DNA from: a virus
Lineage: Duplodnaviria > Caudoviricetes
Direction: 5' to 3' (one strand)
Virus record (IMG/VR): IMGVR_UViG_3300049914_000132
Location: 1-61,801 of that record
Length of the DNA stretch: 61,801 nt
Shown here: piece after piece, positions 28,892 through 37,244 of the stretch
How positions within the stretch are numbered: position 1 is the first letter of the stretch
Layout: each line of letters starts with the position of its first letter
Notes under the pieces: generated by a model
The model's input: only the letters and a program-made list of their open reading frames with translations
What the model was told of the DNA's origin: nothing
The model's database searches: none
Program-made: the position numbers and the translations under genes

Positions 28892-31510
28892 GTGAGCGGG
28901 CTTCTACCATTGTATCCAGATCCGTTGAAACCTGCTGAAGAGGGCGGGTTTGCTTCGTCGGTAGAACTCGCTCACCCGCTGTCTATTGATCACAATTGTA
29001 GTCGGTGTCAGTTGTGCCACAAGTACAATCCTCGGAGCATCTGCATAGGGCCGACTTCAGCAGCTCCGGAAGGCTCGTCTATCAGCTTGTACGATGGCAT
29101 CGTTGAGGGCGCTGCGCTGCTTGTAGGCGAAGGCCCAGGGAAAGAAGAAGACGCCATAGGGAAACCATTTGTGGGCGTGTCGGGCAAGAAGCTTCGACAG
29201 CTTGTGCACAGATACACCAGAGCGCCCGTCGTCTTTGACAACGCTCTCAGGTGTTGGTACACAAAGATAGACAGCAGGTACATCTCAGCGTGTAGAGGGT
29301 TCCTTTCCAAGACGATCTCGGATGGCAAGCCTGAGCGCATCATTACGCTAGGCTCCGCAGCTGCTCTTTCTGTGCTTGGCAGGACCATCAAGCCTTTGAG
29401 TGCTCGTCGTGCTGTTGGTTGGATCGCTAAGACACAGACACCTGTCTACATGGTGATGCACCCAGCAGCAGCACTTCGGAACAGGTTTTTGATGAAGATG
29501 TTCGAGGAAGACCTTGAATGGGCGCTCACTGTACCGGAGCCTCCATATCCGCCTCCAGATAAATACACAATGCGAATTGTGGAGTCTGAAGCTGAAGCAC
29601 TGGAAGCGGAGGCTGATCTTTCTTGTGCTTCATGGTTCGCATTCGACTGCGAAGCGTCTGGAAGGCTATTCGACACAGACTACTCAGTCTTCAACGTTTC
29701 GTGCTGTGCCAAAGATTCCACGTTCGCTTGGGTTTGGGATTCAGCAGCGCTTGAGAACCCGAGAGTCTTGGAGCCCTTGCTGCGCTTGCTCAGGAACCCA
29801 AAGATCGGAAAGGGCGGACATAACGTAAAGTACGACTCGCTTGCTATAGAGTGTGCTTTTGGTTCGAAGGTTGTCAACGCAGACCATGACACGCTGCTCG
29901 ATGGCCACATTTATGATCCTGAGATGGATGGTGGTCTAGACGCAATGGCTGAGCTTGTTGGGATGGGCGGACACAAGCTCGAAGCTATGACGAACATGGC
30001 GCGCAACTTGGATTGGTTTACTAAGCGGAAAAAGAAGACTGATGCTCGCCAGACGACACTGTTCGAGGATCCAATTGAAGACCTTCATTTGCCTCTTGGC
30101 GTAGAGGCTTCCATTCGTCTAGGTGGTGACATTGAAAACTACAAGTACGCGCTGATAGATCATGACATTGTGTGCAGGTACAACGCACGAGATGCTGTTG
30201 TGACTGCACGACTGCGTGAGCACATCCGACCAGAGATAGAGGCTGTTCCTGAGCTACGTAAGGTGAGTGATGATCTTGCGCACCCTGCAATGCGTGCATT
30301 CACACAGATGGAATCATGGGGGATTTGTGTTAGCCATGAGGCTGTCACGAGTGTTGGATTGTATCTTGATCATGCTCTTGCAGAAGTCAAGAACAGGCTG
30401 TCGGTGTACAAGATAGACCCGAACAGTAATGACGAAGTTGGGAAGCTGCTCTACGATACGTTGAAGCTCAGGTGTGGGAAGTTGACTCCAAAGGGCTCAA
30501 GGTCTGTAGACAAGGAAGCGCTTACCTTGATCAAGGGTGAGCATCCGGTAGTCGTAGACATCTTGGAGAACAGAAGGCTGACCAAGATGAAGGGGACGTA
30601 CGTTGATGGTTTCTATCCACACATCAAGGCAGACGGACGCATTCATCCGAACGTGCATGTGGATGGCGCTCGTACGGGAAGAGCTTCAATAAGTGATCCT
30701 CCTTTGCACCAGGTTCCTCGTGCTTCTGACAGCACTGAAGGGAAAATGCTACGCGATATGTTCGTTGCTCCTCCAGGATGCCTCCTAGTTCAGGCCGACT
30801 ATCGCCAGTTGGAGTACAGGATTGCAGCAGCACTGTCCGGTGACATTGAGATGATCAAGGTGATTCGTTCTGGTAAAGACTTTCACCTTGGAACGGCGGA
30901 ACTCATTGCTCAGATTATGTGGGGTATCCAGCCAGAGGAAATACAAAAACCACATAGAACGACCGCGAAAACGCTCAACTTCGCCTTGATCTTTGGCATG
31001 GCAGACAAGACGCTTGCTGCACGATTGGGGTGCACGATTGAGGAGGCTACCAGGGTTCGAGAAGCTGTGCTCGGTAAGTACAAGATGCTTGCCCGATGGA
31101 TCTCGGATCACATTGCGTACACCAAACGGAGTGGGGTGTCTTGGACGTGGTGGAATGGTGGAAATGCGCGGCGTCGTCCACTGTGGCGCATAGCTTCTCA
31201 GGACAGTGAAGAGCGCTCTACTGCTGAGCATGGCTCGATCAACACACCAATCCAAGGAACAGCAGCAGATTACGACACGGCGTCCGTCATCGAGATTACG
31301 AACTGGATCCTAGAAGAGGGTCTACCTTTGAAGCTGGTCCTTGCTGTACACGACTCAATAGTGTTGGAGGTTCCGGAGCAATACGTGTCAGAGGCTGTGT
31401 ATATGTTGCACAAGGTCATGACATCTTGGCCTGTTCCGAACGATGTGCCTCTAGACGTAGACATAGAGGTTGGAACGTCTTGGGGATCGCTTGAGGAGTA
31501 CAACGACTGA
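28892..31510 (+). CDS. polA: Family A DNA polymerase with N-terminal family-4 UDG-like domain and 3'-5' exonuclease
   Basis: UDG4: CSRC.LC, GEGPG.EED..G.PFVG.SG, HPAAALRN; Exo: FDCE, HNVKYD, YNARD; Pol: TGR.S..P.L, ADYRQLEYR, RTTAKTLNF, QGTAAD, VHDS. Confidence 0.95.
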   Translation: MSGLLPLYPDPLKPAEEGGFASSVELAHPLSIDHNCSRCQLCHKYNPRSICIGPTSAAPEGSSISLYDGIVEGAALLVGEGPGKEEDAIGKPFVGVSGKKLRQLVHRYTRAPVVFDNALRCWYTKIDSRYISACRGFLSKTISDGKPERIITLGSAAALSVLGRTIKPLSARRAVGWIAKTQTPVYMVMHPAAALRNRFLMKMFEEDLEWALTVPEPPYPPPDKYTMRIVESEAEALEAEADLSCASWFAFDCEASGRLFDTDYSVFNVSCCAKDSTFAWVWDSAALENPRVLEPLLRLLRNPKIGKGGHNVKYDSLAIECAFGSKVVNADHDTLLDGHIYDPEMDGGLDAMAELVGMGGHKLEAMTNMARNLDWFTKRKKKTDARQTTLFEDPIEDLHLPLGVEASIRLGGDIENYKYALIDHDIVCRYNARDAVVTARLREHIRPEIEAVPELRKVSDDLAHPAMRAFTQMESWGICVSHEAVTSVGLYLDHALAEVKNRLSVYKIDPNSNDEVGKLLYDTLKLRCGKLTPKGSRSVDKEALTLIKGEHPVVVDILENRRLTKMKGTYVDGFYPHIKADGRIHPNVHVDGARTGRASISDPPLHQVPRASDSTEGKMLRDMFVAPPGCLLVQADYRQLEYRIAAALSGDIEMIKVIRSGKDFHLGTAELIAQIMWGIQPEEIQKPHRTTAKTLNFALIFGMADKTLAARLGCTIEEATRVREAVLGKYKMLARWISDHIAYTKRSGVSWTWWNGGNARRRPLWRIASQDSEERSTAEHGSINTPIQGTAADYDTASVIEITNWILEEGLPLKLVLAVHDSIVLEVPEQYVSEAVYMLHKVMTSWPVPNDVPLDVDIEVGTSWGSLEEYND

Positions 31511-31523
31511 CTGGAGGTTTGCT

Positions 31524-31871
31524 ATGTTTATGTCTGAAGTAGAGAAGATCGCTGAAGTGTGCCACGAAACAAACCGAGCATATTGTTGCACGATCGGGGA
31601 CGATTCCCAGCTACCTTGGGCGGAAGCCCCTGAATGGCAGAGTAAGAGTGCCATCGATGGGGTGAAGCACGTGCTTGAGAATCCGGATGCTCCACCGTCC
31701 GCCTCGCATGATTCGTGGCTCGCCGAGAAGAAGGTTGCGGGTTGGAAGTACGGGCCCGTCAAAGACCCGGAGAAGAAGGAACATCCCTGTTTCGTCCCCT
31801 ACGAAGATCTTCCGGAAGAACAGAAGCGGAAGGATACACTGTTCATCGCTGTAGTGAACGCGCTCAAGTAG
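31524..31871 (+). CDS. Stand-alone RyR-domain protein
   Basis: HDSWLAEKKVAGWKYGPVKDPEKKEHPCFVPYEDLPEEQKRKD. Confidence 0.85.
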   Translation: MFMSEVEKIAEVCHETNRAYCCTIGDDSQLPWAEAPEWQSKSAIDGVKHVLENPDAPPSASHDSWLAEKKVAGWKYGPVKDPEKKEHPCFVPYEDLPEEQKRKDTLFIAVVNALK

Positions 31872-31897
31872 TTAACCCGTAGTAAGAAAGGAGCATC

Positions 31898-32215
31898 ATG
31901 AAGATCTGTATGTTTGCTGTACTCGTTGGAATGCTGTTGTCGTGTGGTGTGGATGAGGCATCGACTACCGATGTCAGCCAGGATCAGGAGGGGCTTGCGG
32001 GCTCAAATCCGTTCCTTTGCAAGGGATCGTGTCTGGTCTGCACGAAACGTGACCCAGCCGACAAGCGGAAGTGCCTCGTCTACGGGCGCAAGGCAACTGC
32101 CGTCAAGATTTGTTCTGGCTACACCACTCCTGCATCTGCACTTAGTGATTGTCTGGCTGCGATGACAGGGTGCTTGAATGTCCAGGCGTCAGTGGGCTCG
32201 TTCAGTTGTCCGTAG
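31898..32215 (+). CDS. Cys-rich lipoprotein
   Basis: LLSC lipobox, multiple Cys; AAGGAG RBS. Confidence 0.65.
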   Translation: MKICMFAVLVGMLLSCGVDEASTTDVSQDQEGLAGSNPFLCKGSCLVCTKRDPADKRKCLVYGRKATAVKICSGYTTPASALSDCLAAMTGCLNVQASVGSFSCP

Positions 32216-32227
32216 TCAAACCAGTGG

Positions 32228-32266
32228 CCACCATGATCACTAAGTGTGCTCATGGTGGTTTTCACC
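32228..32266 (+). terminator. Hairpin / possible intrinsic terminator
   Basis: CCACCATGA...TCATGGTGG followed by TTTT. Confidence 0.4.
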
Positions 32267-32289
32267 TTTCTAGAATCAGGAGGCTAAAC

Positions 32290-32772
32290 ATGGCAAAGAT
32301 CAAGCCAGAGGTTGTTGATAGTGTGCTTGCACAGGAGAAGCTGAATGAGTACCTGAACAAGTGCGTTCAGATAGATGGTACTGCGATCAATGATGAGTTC
32401 ATTCAGTTCCCTGCTGACATTGCCTATTGGGCAGCACAGCACTCGAATGCTGTGAAAGCGTTCCTTCGAGCAGACCAAGAGCATGACAAGGTCCGAGCGA
32501 AGAGATGGTTGATCATTCGGGAGGAGCTGCTTGCAAAGGGAGACAAAGCCACAGAGAAGACGGTAGAGGCTTCTGTAGAGTGTGATGCAGAATACCAGGA
32601 AGTACGCTATAGGTACGTGGAGGCAGAAGCAGAGAAGGTTCGATTGGCTGGTATCATGGAGGCTATGAAATCGAAAAAGGAAATGCTCATTTCTCTTGGG
32701 GCAAATCTGAGGGTGGAGATGGGCAGTGATCCAATGATCCGAAGTCAGCAAAGGGAATCAAAGGTCAGGTGA
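32290..32772 (+). CDS. UvsY-like recombination mediator
   Basis: ID..INDEFIQFP..IAYW..; TEKTVEASV..D.EY; EAMKSKKEMLISLGANLR. Confidence 0.6.
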   Translation: MAKIKPEVVDSVLAQEKLNEYLNKCVQIDGTAINDEFIQFPADIAYWAAQHSNAVKAFLRADQEHDKVRAKRWLIIREELLAKGDKATEKTVEASVECDAEYQEVRYRYVEAEAEKVRLAGIMEAMKSKKEMLISLGANLRVEMGSDPMIRSQQRESKVR

Positions 32773-32776
32773 GCAC

Positions 32777-33061
32777 ATGCGCGTTGATGGTGACTGGTTC
32801 GGTATCATCCTATACTCAATCATCCTAGTTGCTGCTTTGATCCTGTTGTTTGCTAAGGGTTGCATGACAAGCTCAGAAGAGACGATCAATTCGGTGTCTG
32901 CTTATGGCTTCAAGGACATACGGACTGGAGATTGGACGATAGGCTGTTCTGAAGGAGAAAGGCTTGGTAGGCACTTCACAGCTACGAACTCAGATGGAAA
33001 GATGGTCTCAGGCTATGTCTGCTGTGGCCTGGTTTTCAAGGGCTGTACCGTCAGGTGGTGA
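32777..33061 (+). CDS. Membrane-anchored small protein
   Basis: N-terminal TM; GC..FTATN..G..V.G.VCCG..KGCTVR. Confidence 0.65.
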   Translation: MRVDGDWFGIILYSIILVAALILLFAKGCMTSSEETINSVSAYGFKDIRTGDWTIGCSEGERLGRHFTATNSDGKMVSGYVCCGLVFKGCTVRW

Positions 33062-33178
33062 TCCAAACTTAGCACTTGCAGCGTGCTACAGTTTGTGCTA
33101 GGTTACACTATATGTGCTAAAGGGCACACTACAAGCAAAACACAACTCAAACCCCCAAACTCCTACTAGGACAACAAA

Positions 33179-33961
33179 ATGGCGAAACCGCAAGAGAAGG
33201 CAGAGAAGACGAAGGCGCTGGCGAAGTATGGAAGCTATACGCTGGACGACGCAGAAAAGGAAGCACACGAGCTGGAACAAGAGGGTGGCGGTTTTCTGAA
33301 ACTCAAAGTCGGGCAGAACATCGTCAGGTTCCTTCCTCCGCTTACTGGTAGGAAGCTCTTCGTAGTTGTGCATCAGCACCACGTGGAGAACCCCGGAGAG
33401 GGGAAAACGTTCAGCTTCGCATGTCCCCGAGTCATGCAGAAGAAGCCTTGTGCTCTTTGCGACAAGGGGAATGAGCTGCGCGCCACAGGGAACCGTGTGG
33501 ACTACGATCTTGGTGGAAAGATGCTGCCAAGACGCCGAGTGTTCAGCAACGTCATTGACATGTCAAATCCGGAAGCAGGTCCACAGATCCTTGCGTTTGG
33601 TAGGCAGATTCACGAGCAGCTTGTGCAGATCAGGCGCAACGAGACAGCGGGTGATGATTACACGGATCCGGAGAACGGGTTCAACATTAGCATCGAGCGC
33701 AAGGGCACAGGTATTCGCGACACAAAGTACACGTGTCTGCCCAGTCGAAAGACATCCAAGCTGACGAACATGGATTGGATCGAGATGCAGCATGACCTGA
33801 CACGGTTCACGATGGTTCCAACTTCGGAAGAGATCAAGAAGTACATGAGCGAGACCGACTTTGGGGCAGACGAAGCATCGGCTGTGTCAGGCGCTCGGGA
33901 TGTAACGCCACCGAAGAAGTCGAGAAACGCCGCAGACGATATGGAAGACTACGGAGATTGA
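33179..33961 (+). CDS. T4 gp32-like single-stranded DNA-binding protein
   Basis: FLKLKVGQNIVRFLPP, H..C..CALC zinc site, DPENGFNI.I.R.G.G..TKY, acidic tail. Confidence 0.75.
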   Translation: MAKPQEKAEKTKALAKYGSYTLDDAEKEAHELEQEGGGFLKLKVGQNIVRFLPPLTGRKLFVVVHQHHVENPGEGKTFSFACPRVMQKKPCALCDKGNELRATGNRVDYDLGGKMLPRRRVFSNVIDMSNPEAGPQILAFGRQIHEQLVQIRRNETAGDDYTDPENGFNISIERKGTGIRDTKYTCLPSRKTSKLTNMDWIEMQHDLTRFTMVPTSEEIKKYMSETDFGADEASAVSGARDVTPPKKSRNAADDMEDYGD

Positions 33962-34039
33962 AAGGTTTGCTTGGGCTGTTCTTGTTTCGCTGCTAAACGG
34001 CTTACACGATCCAGCACTTTAGTCTGGCGTGGCAGTCCA

Positions 34040-34227
34040 GGCAATCGATTTGCTGGGAGGTCACTTGGAATGACGAGGTACGGAAAAGATCGTACAGGTC
34101 GTGGCCTGATGCGAGCCCTAAAATCCTCCAATCTGGCTTTTCGCTCTCACGGCGATGCTGCTCGAAGCTTGTGGATCGTTCAGTGACCAGACCAATCCGC
34201 GCGGTGACCCCCAGCAATTGTTTTGCC
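34040..34227 (+). ncRNA. Structured RNA leader of TIGR array 1
   Basis: GGCAATCGATTTGCTGGGAGGTCAC (34040-34064) pairs with GTGACCCCCAGCAATTGTTTTGCC (34204-34227); internal TTGGA/TCCAA and TCTGG/CCAGA domains. Confidence 0.5.
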
Positions 34228-34368
34228 AGCAAGCAAGAGGAAGCCATATAGTATGAGCGTGCCAGACAGATGAAAGTAGCCCATTGATCGGGAGCGAGCC
34301 AGGATGTGAAAGCAGTCCATGATTCGAGAGCGTGCCATGTGTTAGGAGATGACCATATACCGTAAGCA
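34220..34368 (+). ncRNA. TIGR-like guide RNA array 1 (4 units, 36-37 nt)
   Basis: gcca-gcaagcaag-aggaagcca-tatagtatg-agcgtgcca-gacagatgaa-agtagccca-ttgatcggg-agcgagcca-ggatgtgaa-agcagtcca-tgattcgag-agcgtgcca-tgtgttagg-agatgacca-tataccgta-agca. Confidence 0.85.
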
Positions 34369-34410
34369 AAATTGAAGTCAACCACGAAGCAAAAGAGGCT
34401 GGAGATCATT

Positions 34411-35274
34411 ATGGACGGAGAGGCAAGAGAAGCACTGCGTATCACAGTCAGGCACTTCTACGACATTCAGCAAATCAGGATACAGCACTCTGGGAGAATT
34501 GCCAGGAAGTCGGCGACGAACGAGGCGGCAATATCGTCTGAGCACCAGGCTATGTTCTCTGCACAGGTCAAGCGCTTGAAAGCGTCTGAAGCTGATGCAC
34601 TGCTTGACGTCAAAGAAAAGCTCCAATCCTTTGAGCTCTACAGACAGGTTCTTTCTGTGGATGAGGATCGCTGGAAGGGGCTTGGTCCTACAATGTCCGC
34701 TGTCATTCTAGCAGAGGTTGACATTGAGCGTTGTGAAACCCCTTCTGCTCTCTGGCGGTATGCAGGGCTGTCAACAGTCCCATGGAAGCGCTGCAAGCAG
34801 TGCAACCGACTTGCAGATCTACCTTTCGACGTTGTTGATGGTGACATTCTGATCAAGCAAAGCATGAGCAAAGAGTACAAGCACGTCAGGAAGAAAGAGA
34901 ACGAAAAGGGGTGCGATCTGATATGGCTTAAAGAGAATCAGCTATACGACAGTGGGCGCTCTGAGTTCTTGGTGAAGGGTGAGAAGAGACACTTCAATCT
35001 GTTCCTCAAGACCAAGCTTCTTGGCGTGCTTGCTCCGGGTTTTCTGAAGGCGAAGAACCCGGTTTGGAGGAAGGTCTATGATGACTACAAAAACAGGCTG
35101 ATCTCTGCTGGACGTGGTACTTCTCCAGGGCACATTAACAATTCGGCAATACGCTACATGATCAAAATGTTCCTGCTCAATCTGTGGATGGAATGGCGTA
35201 CTTTTGCGAGGCTTCCTGTACGACCGAGCTACCACGAGGAGAAGTTAGGACATGTACACGCAGTTGGTGTATAG
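34411..35274 (+). CDS. tasA: TasA-like Nop-domain (IS110/box C/D-related) RNA-binding protein without nuclease domain
   Basis: YDIQQIRI coiled coil; KGLGPTMSAVILAEVD; SALWRYAGL; YDDYKNR; GHINNSAIRYMIKMFL..LW..WR; no N-terminal DEDD/RuvC domain; flanked by 36-nt arrays; GGAG RBS before ATG 34411. Confidence 0.8.
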   Translation: MDGEAREALRITVRHFYDIQQIRIQHSGRIARKSATNEAAISSEHQAMFSAQVKRLKASEADALLDVKEKLQSFELYRQVLSVDEDRWKGLGPTMSAVILAEVDIERCETPSALWRYAGLSTVPWKRCKQCNRLADLPFDVVDGDILIKQSMSKEYKHVRKKENEKGCDLIWLKENQLYDSGRSEFLVKGEKRHFNLFLKTKLLGVLAPGFLKAKNPVWRKVYDDYKNRLISAGRGTSPGHINNSAIRYMIKMFLLNLWMEWRTFARLPVRPSYHEEKLGHVHAVGV

Positions 35275-35452
35275 CCAGGTCGCCTAAGCAAACCATGAAA
35301 AGAGTGCGAGCCATGTGTTGGGAGCAAACCAGGAACTCAGAGCGAGCCACTATGTCCGATACACACAGAAAAACCGTGCGAGTCAAAGACTAAGCGTAAA
35401 CCAAAATGCGCAAGCGAGCCAGCATACACGAGCAAACCATAGAAAGTCAGCG
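35269..35452 (+). ncRNA. TIGR-like guide RNA array 2 (5 units, exact 36-nt period)
   Basis: agcca-ggtcgccta-agcaaacca-tgaaaagag-tgcgagcca-tgtgttggg-agcaaacca-ggaactcag-agcgagcca-ctatgtccg-atacacaca-gaaaaaccg-tgcgagtca-aagactaag-cgtaaacca-aaatgcgca-agcgagcca-gcatacacg-agcaaacca-tagaaagtc-agcg. Confidence 0.9.
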
Positions 35453-35455
35453 ATC

Positions 35456-36496
35456 ATGCCCAAAGTGACAACACTGAATCGGATCAAAGATGCAGTCAAC
35501 AAGAAGCTAGGCAGGAACTCGGCTGCTGTGCTTGCTTCAAGTGGTGAGATTGAGTCTGAGGTTCGCAACGTCATTCCAACAGGAATTTCCGTTGTGGACA
35601 ACGTGCTCTGCTCAGATCTTGGTGGTTTGCCATGTGGTCGTGTGACGGAGCTGTATGGGCCAAGTGGTGTAGGAAAAACGTCGTTCGTGCAGCAAGCGTT
35701 GGCAGGTGTGCAGCGCGAAGGCGGCGCAGCCATCTACAATGATGACGAGAAGTCTTTGGACATGGAAAGGATCAAGGTGTTCGGCCTTGATCTCGACAAC
35801 TGCCTTGTCTTGCAGCCCCGAAATGCAGAAGAAAGCATCACTGGGATGGTGGAAGCGATCAATGCTTTACTTGATGGTGCTCAGCCCTCTCTTCTGGTCT
35901 GGGATTCGATTGCTGCGTCTGTCCCGCAGACAGAACTAGATGGTGAGATTGGGGATGCAAACATTGGAGTCAAGGGCCGACTGATGTCTCAAGCCATGCG
36001 TGCGCTTGTTCCTTTGGCTGTGCGCAAGCAAGTCGCTCTCCTGTTCGTGAACCAAACTCGCATGAAGATTGGCGTGCGGTTCGGGGACCCTGAGATCACG
36101 ACAGGTGGAGAAGCTCTGAAGTTTGCGGTCAGTCTGAAGATCAGGCTAGGGTCTGGCAAGCCCTATGTGGTTGGGCGTCAAGCACTCGCGAAAGACGTTC
36201 CATTTGTTGTACGGAAGTCGAGGTTTTCACCACCTGGTTCTCGTGTTGCTGTGCGCCTCAATTTCGCACGAGGCTGGGACGAGGTATGGAGCACTCTTGA
36301 TTACGCGAAGCATCTAGGGCTGACCGAAAAGACAGCCCGTGGTTGGAATGCGTACTTAGGGGCGTTGGAGGCTTTGGAGTGGGAAGTGCCTTGGACCGCA
36401 AATGAGCAGATGGCCAGCTTTGCAGAAAAGGAGCTGGGTGACGCAAAGGCAAAAGCAAAGGACGAGGGTGACGAAGAGGACGATGTAGACAACTAG
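35456..36496 (+). CDS. recA: RecA/UvsX-like recombinase
   Basis: IPTG, GGLPCGRVTELYGPSGVGKT, DDEKSLD, WDSIAA, RLMSQAMR, NQTR.KIGV.FG.PE.TTGG.ALKF. Confidence 0.92.
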   Translation: MPKVTTLNRIKDAVNKKLGRNSAAVLASSGEIESEVRNVIPTGISVVDNVLCSDLGGLPCGRVTELYGPSGVGKTSFVQQALAGVQREGGAAIYNDDEKSLDMERIKVFGLDLDNCLVLQPRNAEESITGMVEAINALLDGAQPSLLVWDSIAASVPQTELDGEIGDANIGVKGRLMSQAMRALVPLAVRKQVALLFVNQTRMKIGVRFGDPEITTGGEALKFAVSLKIRLGSGKPYVVGRQALAKDVPFVVRKSRFSPPGSRVAVRLNFARGWDEVWSTLDYAKHLGLTEKTARGWNAYLGALEALEWEVPWTANEQMASFAEKELGDAKAKAKDEGDEEDDVDN

Positions 36497-36515
36497 CAGT
36501 AACACGGAGGATGAA

Positions 36516-36983
36516 ATGGCAGAGAAGACAGTTGTGCGGATCAATGCAGAGGCCGAAAAGATCGCGAAGTCATTCATGAACTCTCGCGGTTTAGACTCAA
36601 TAGGCGAAGCGGTGGAGAAGCTCATTGGAACAGCTTCTAGCCGTCTTTCCGCACTTGCAAAGTACGCGACCAAGCAGGGGAAGATAGCAAAGCCGAAGGG
36701 GGCTAAGGCTGAGAAAGCAGCCAAGACCAAGAAGACGAAGGCTCCGAAGAAAGCGGGACTTGCTGCCAAGCTGTCCAAAGGCCCGAAGCCTGAGAAGAAG
36801 AGCACATCGAAGCTGGGGGGCAATCGCAAGAGAGTCAAGGTGACAACTGAGCCTGTAGACTTCAGGGTCAACACTGGAGCACCAAGCGCAGAGAATCATG
36901 ATCGATTGGAAACGCACAACGTTGATGAAGCAAACAAGGGAGCAGAGCTGGACGCCGACTTGGCAGCAGGCACAGTGGACTGA
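36516..36983 (+). CDS. Basic K/A-rich DNA-binding protein candidate
   Basis: N-terminal RHH-like pattern, histone-H1-like KA/KP repeats; GGAGG RBS. Confidence 0.55.
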   Translation: MAEKTVVRINAEAEKIAKSFMNSRGLDSIGEAVEKLIGTASSRLSALAKYATKQGKIAKPKGAKAEKAAKTKKTKAPKKAGLAAKLSKGPKPEKKSTSKLGGNRKRVKVTTEPVDFRVNTGAPSAENHDRLETHNVDEANKGAELDADLAAGTVD

Positions 36984-37022
36984 AACAAATACAGACACCA
37001 GCAAAAGAAAGGACGGATCGAA

Positions 37023-37241
37023 ATGGCTTCAAAGAAAAAGACACTTGTAGAGCTGTTTGCTTTGAACTTCGCCAAGCTTCGTGCAGAGCGCAAGCTCACA
37101 CAGCAAAAGCTAGCAGAAGAGATGGGCATGTCAGTCTCGTACGTTTCGATGTTGGAACGTGGGGAGCGCACTCCGCCGCTGAGCACGCTGGAAAAGATCG
37201 GTCAGGCGTTGGGTGTTGATCCTTTGGAACTGCTTGAGTAG
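37023..37241 (+). CDS. XRE-family HTH transcriptional regulator
   Basis: LRAERKLTQQKLAEEMGMSVSYVSMLERGERTPPLSTLEKIGQALGV. Confidence 0.92.
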   Translation: MASKKKTLVELFALNFAKLRAERKLTQQKLAEEMGMSVSYVSMLERGERTPPLSTLEKIGQALGVDPLELLE

Positions 37242-37244
37242 TTT

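Noticed and set aside
34075-34130. Hammerhead ribozyme (CTGATG and GAAA-like words)
   Set aside because: The core reads CTGATGC rather than CTGANGA, and I could not build the three required stems.
34185-34222. Additional upstream TIGR unit
   Set aside because: CCA spacing is 19 and 15 nt rather than 18, and the segment is better explained as the 3' strand of the structured leader.
34372-35274. Active IS110/IS1111 insertion sequence
   Set aside because: The N-terminal DEDD RuvC-like catalytic domain is missing and no IS ends are evident. The flanking dual-spacer arrays fit Tas better.
35315-35455. N-terminal extension of RecA in the ORF track (also the 34372 and 37455 starts)
   Set aside because: These are read-through of array sequence, which stays in frame because of the 36-nt period. 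Homology begins at the downstream ATGs (35456, 34411, 37482).
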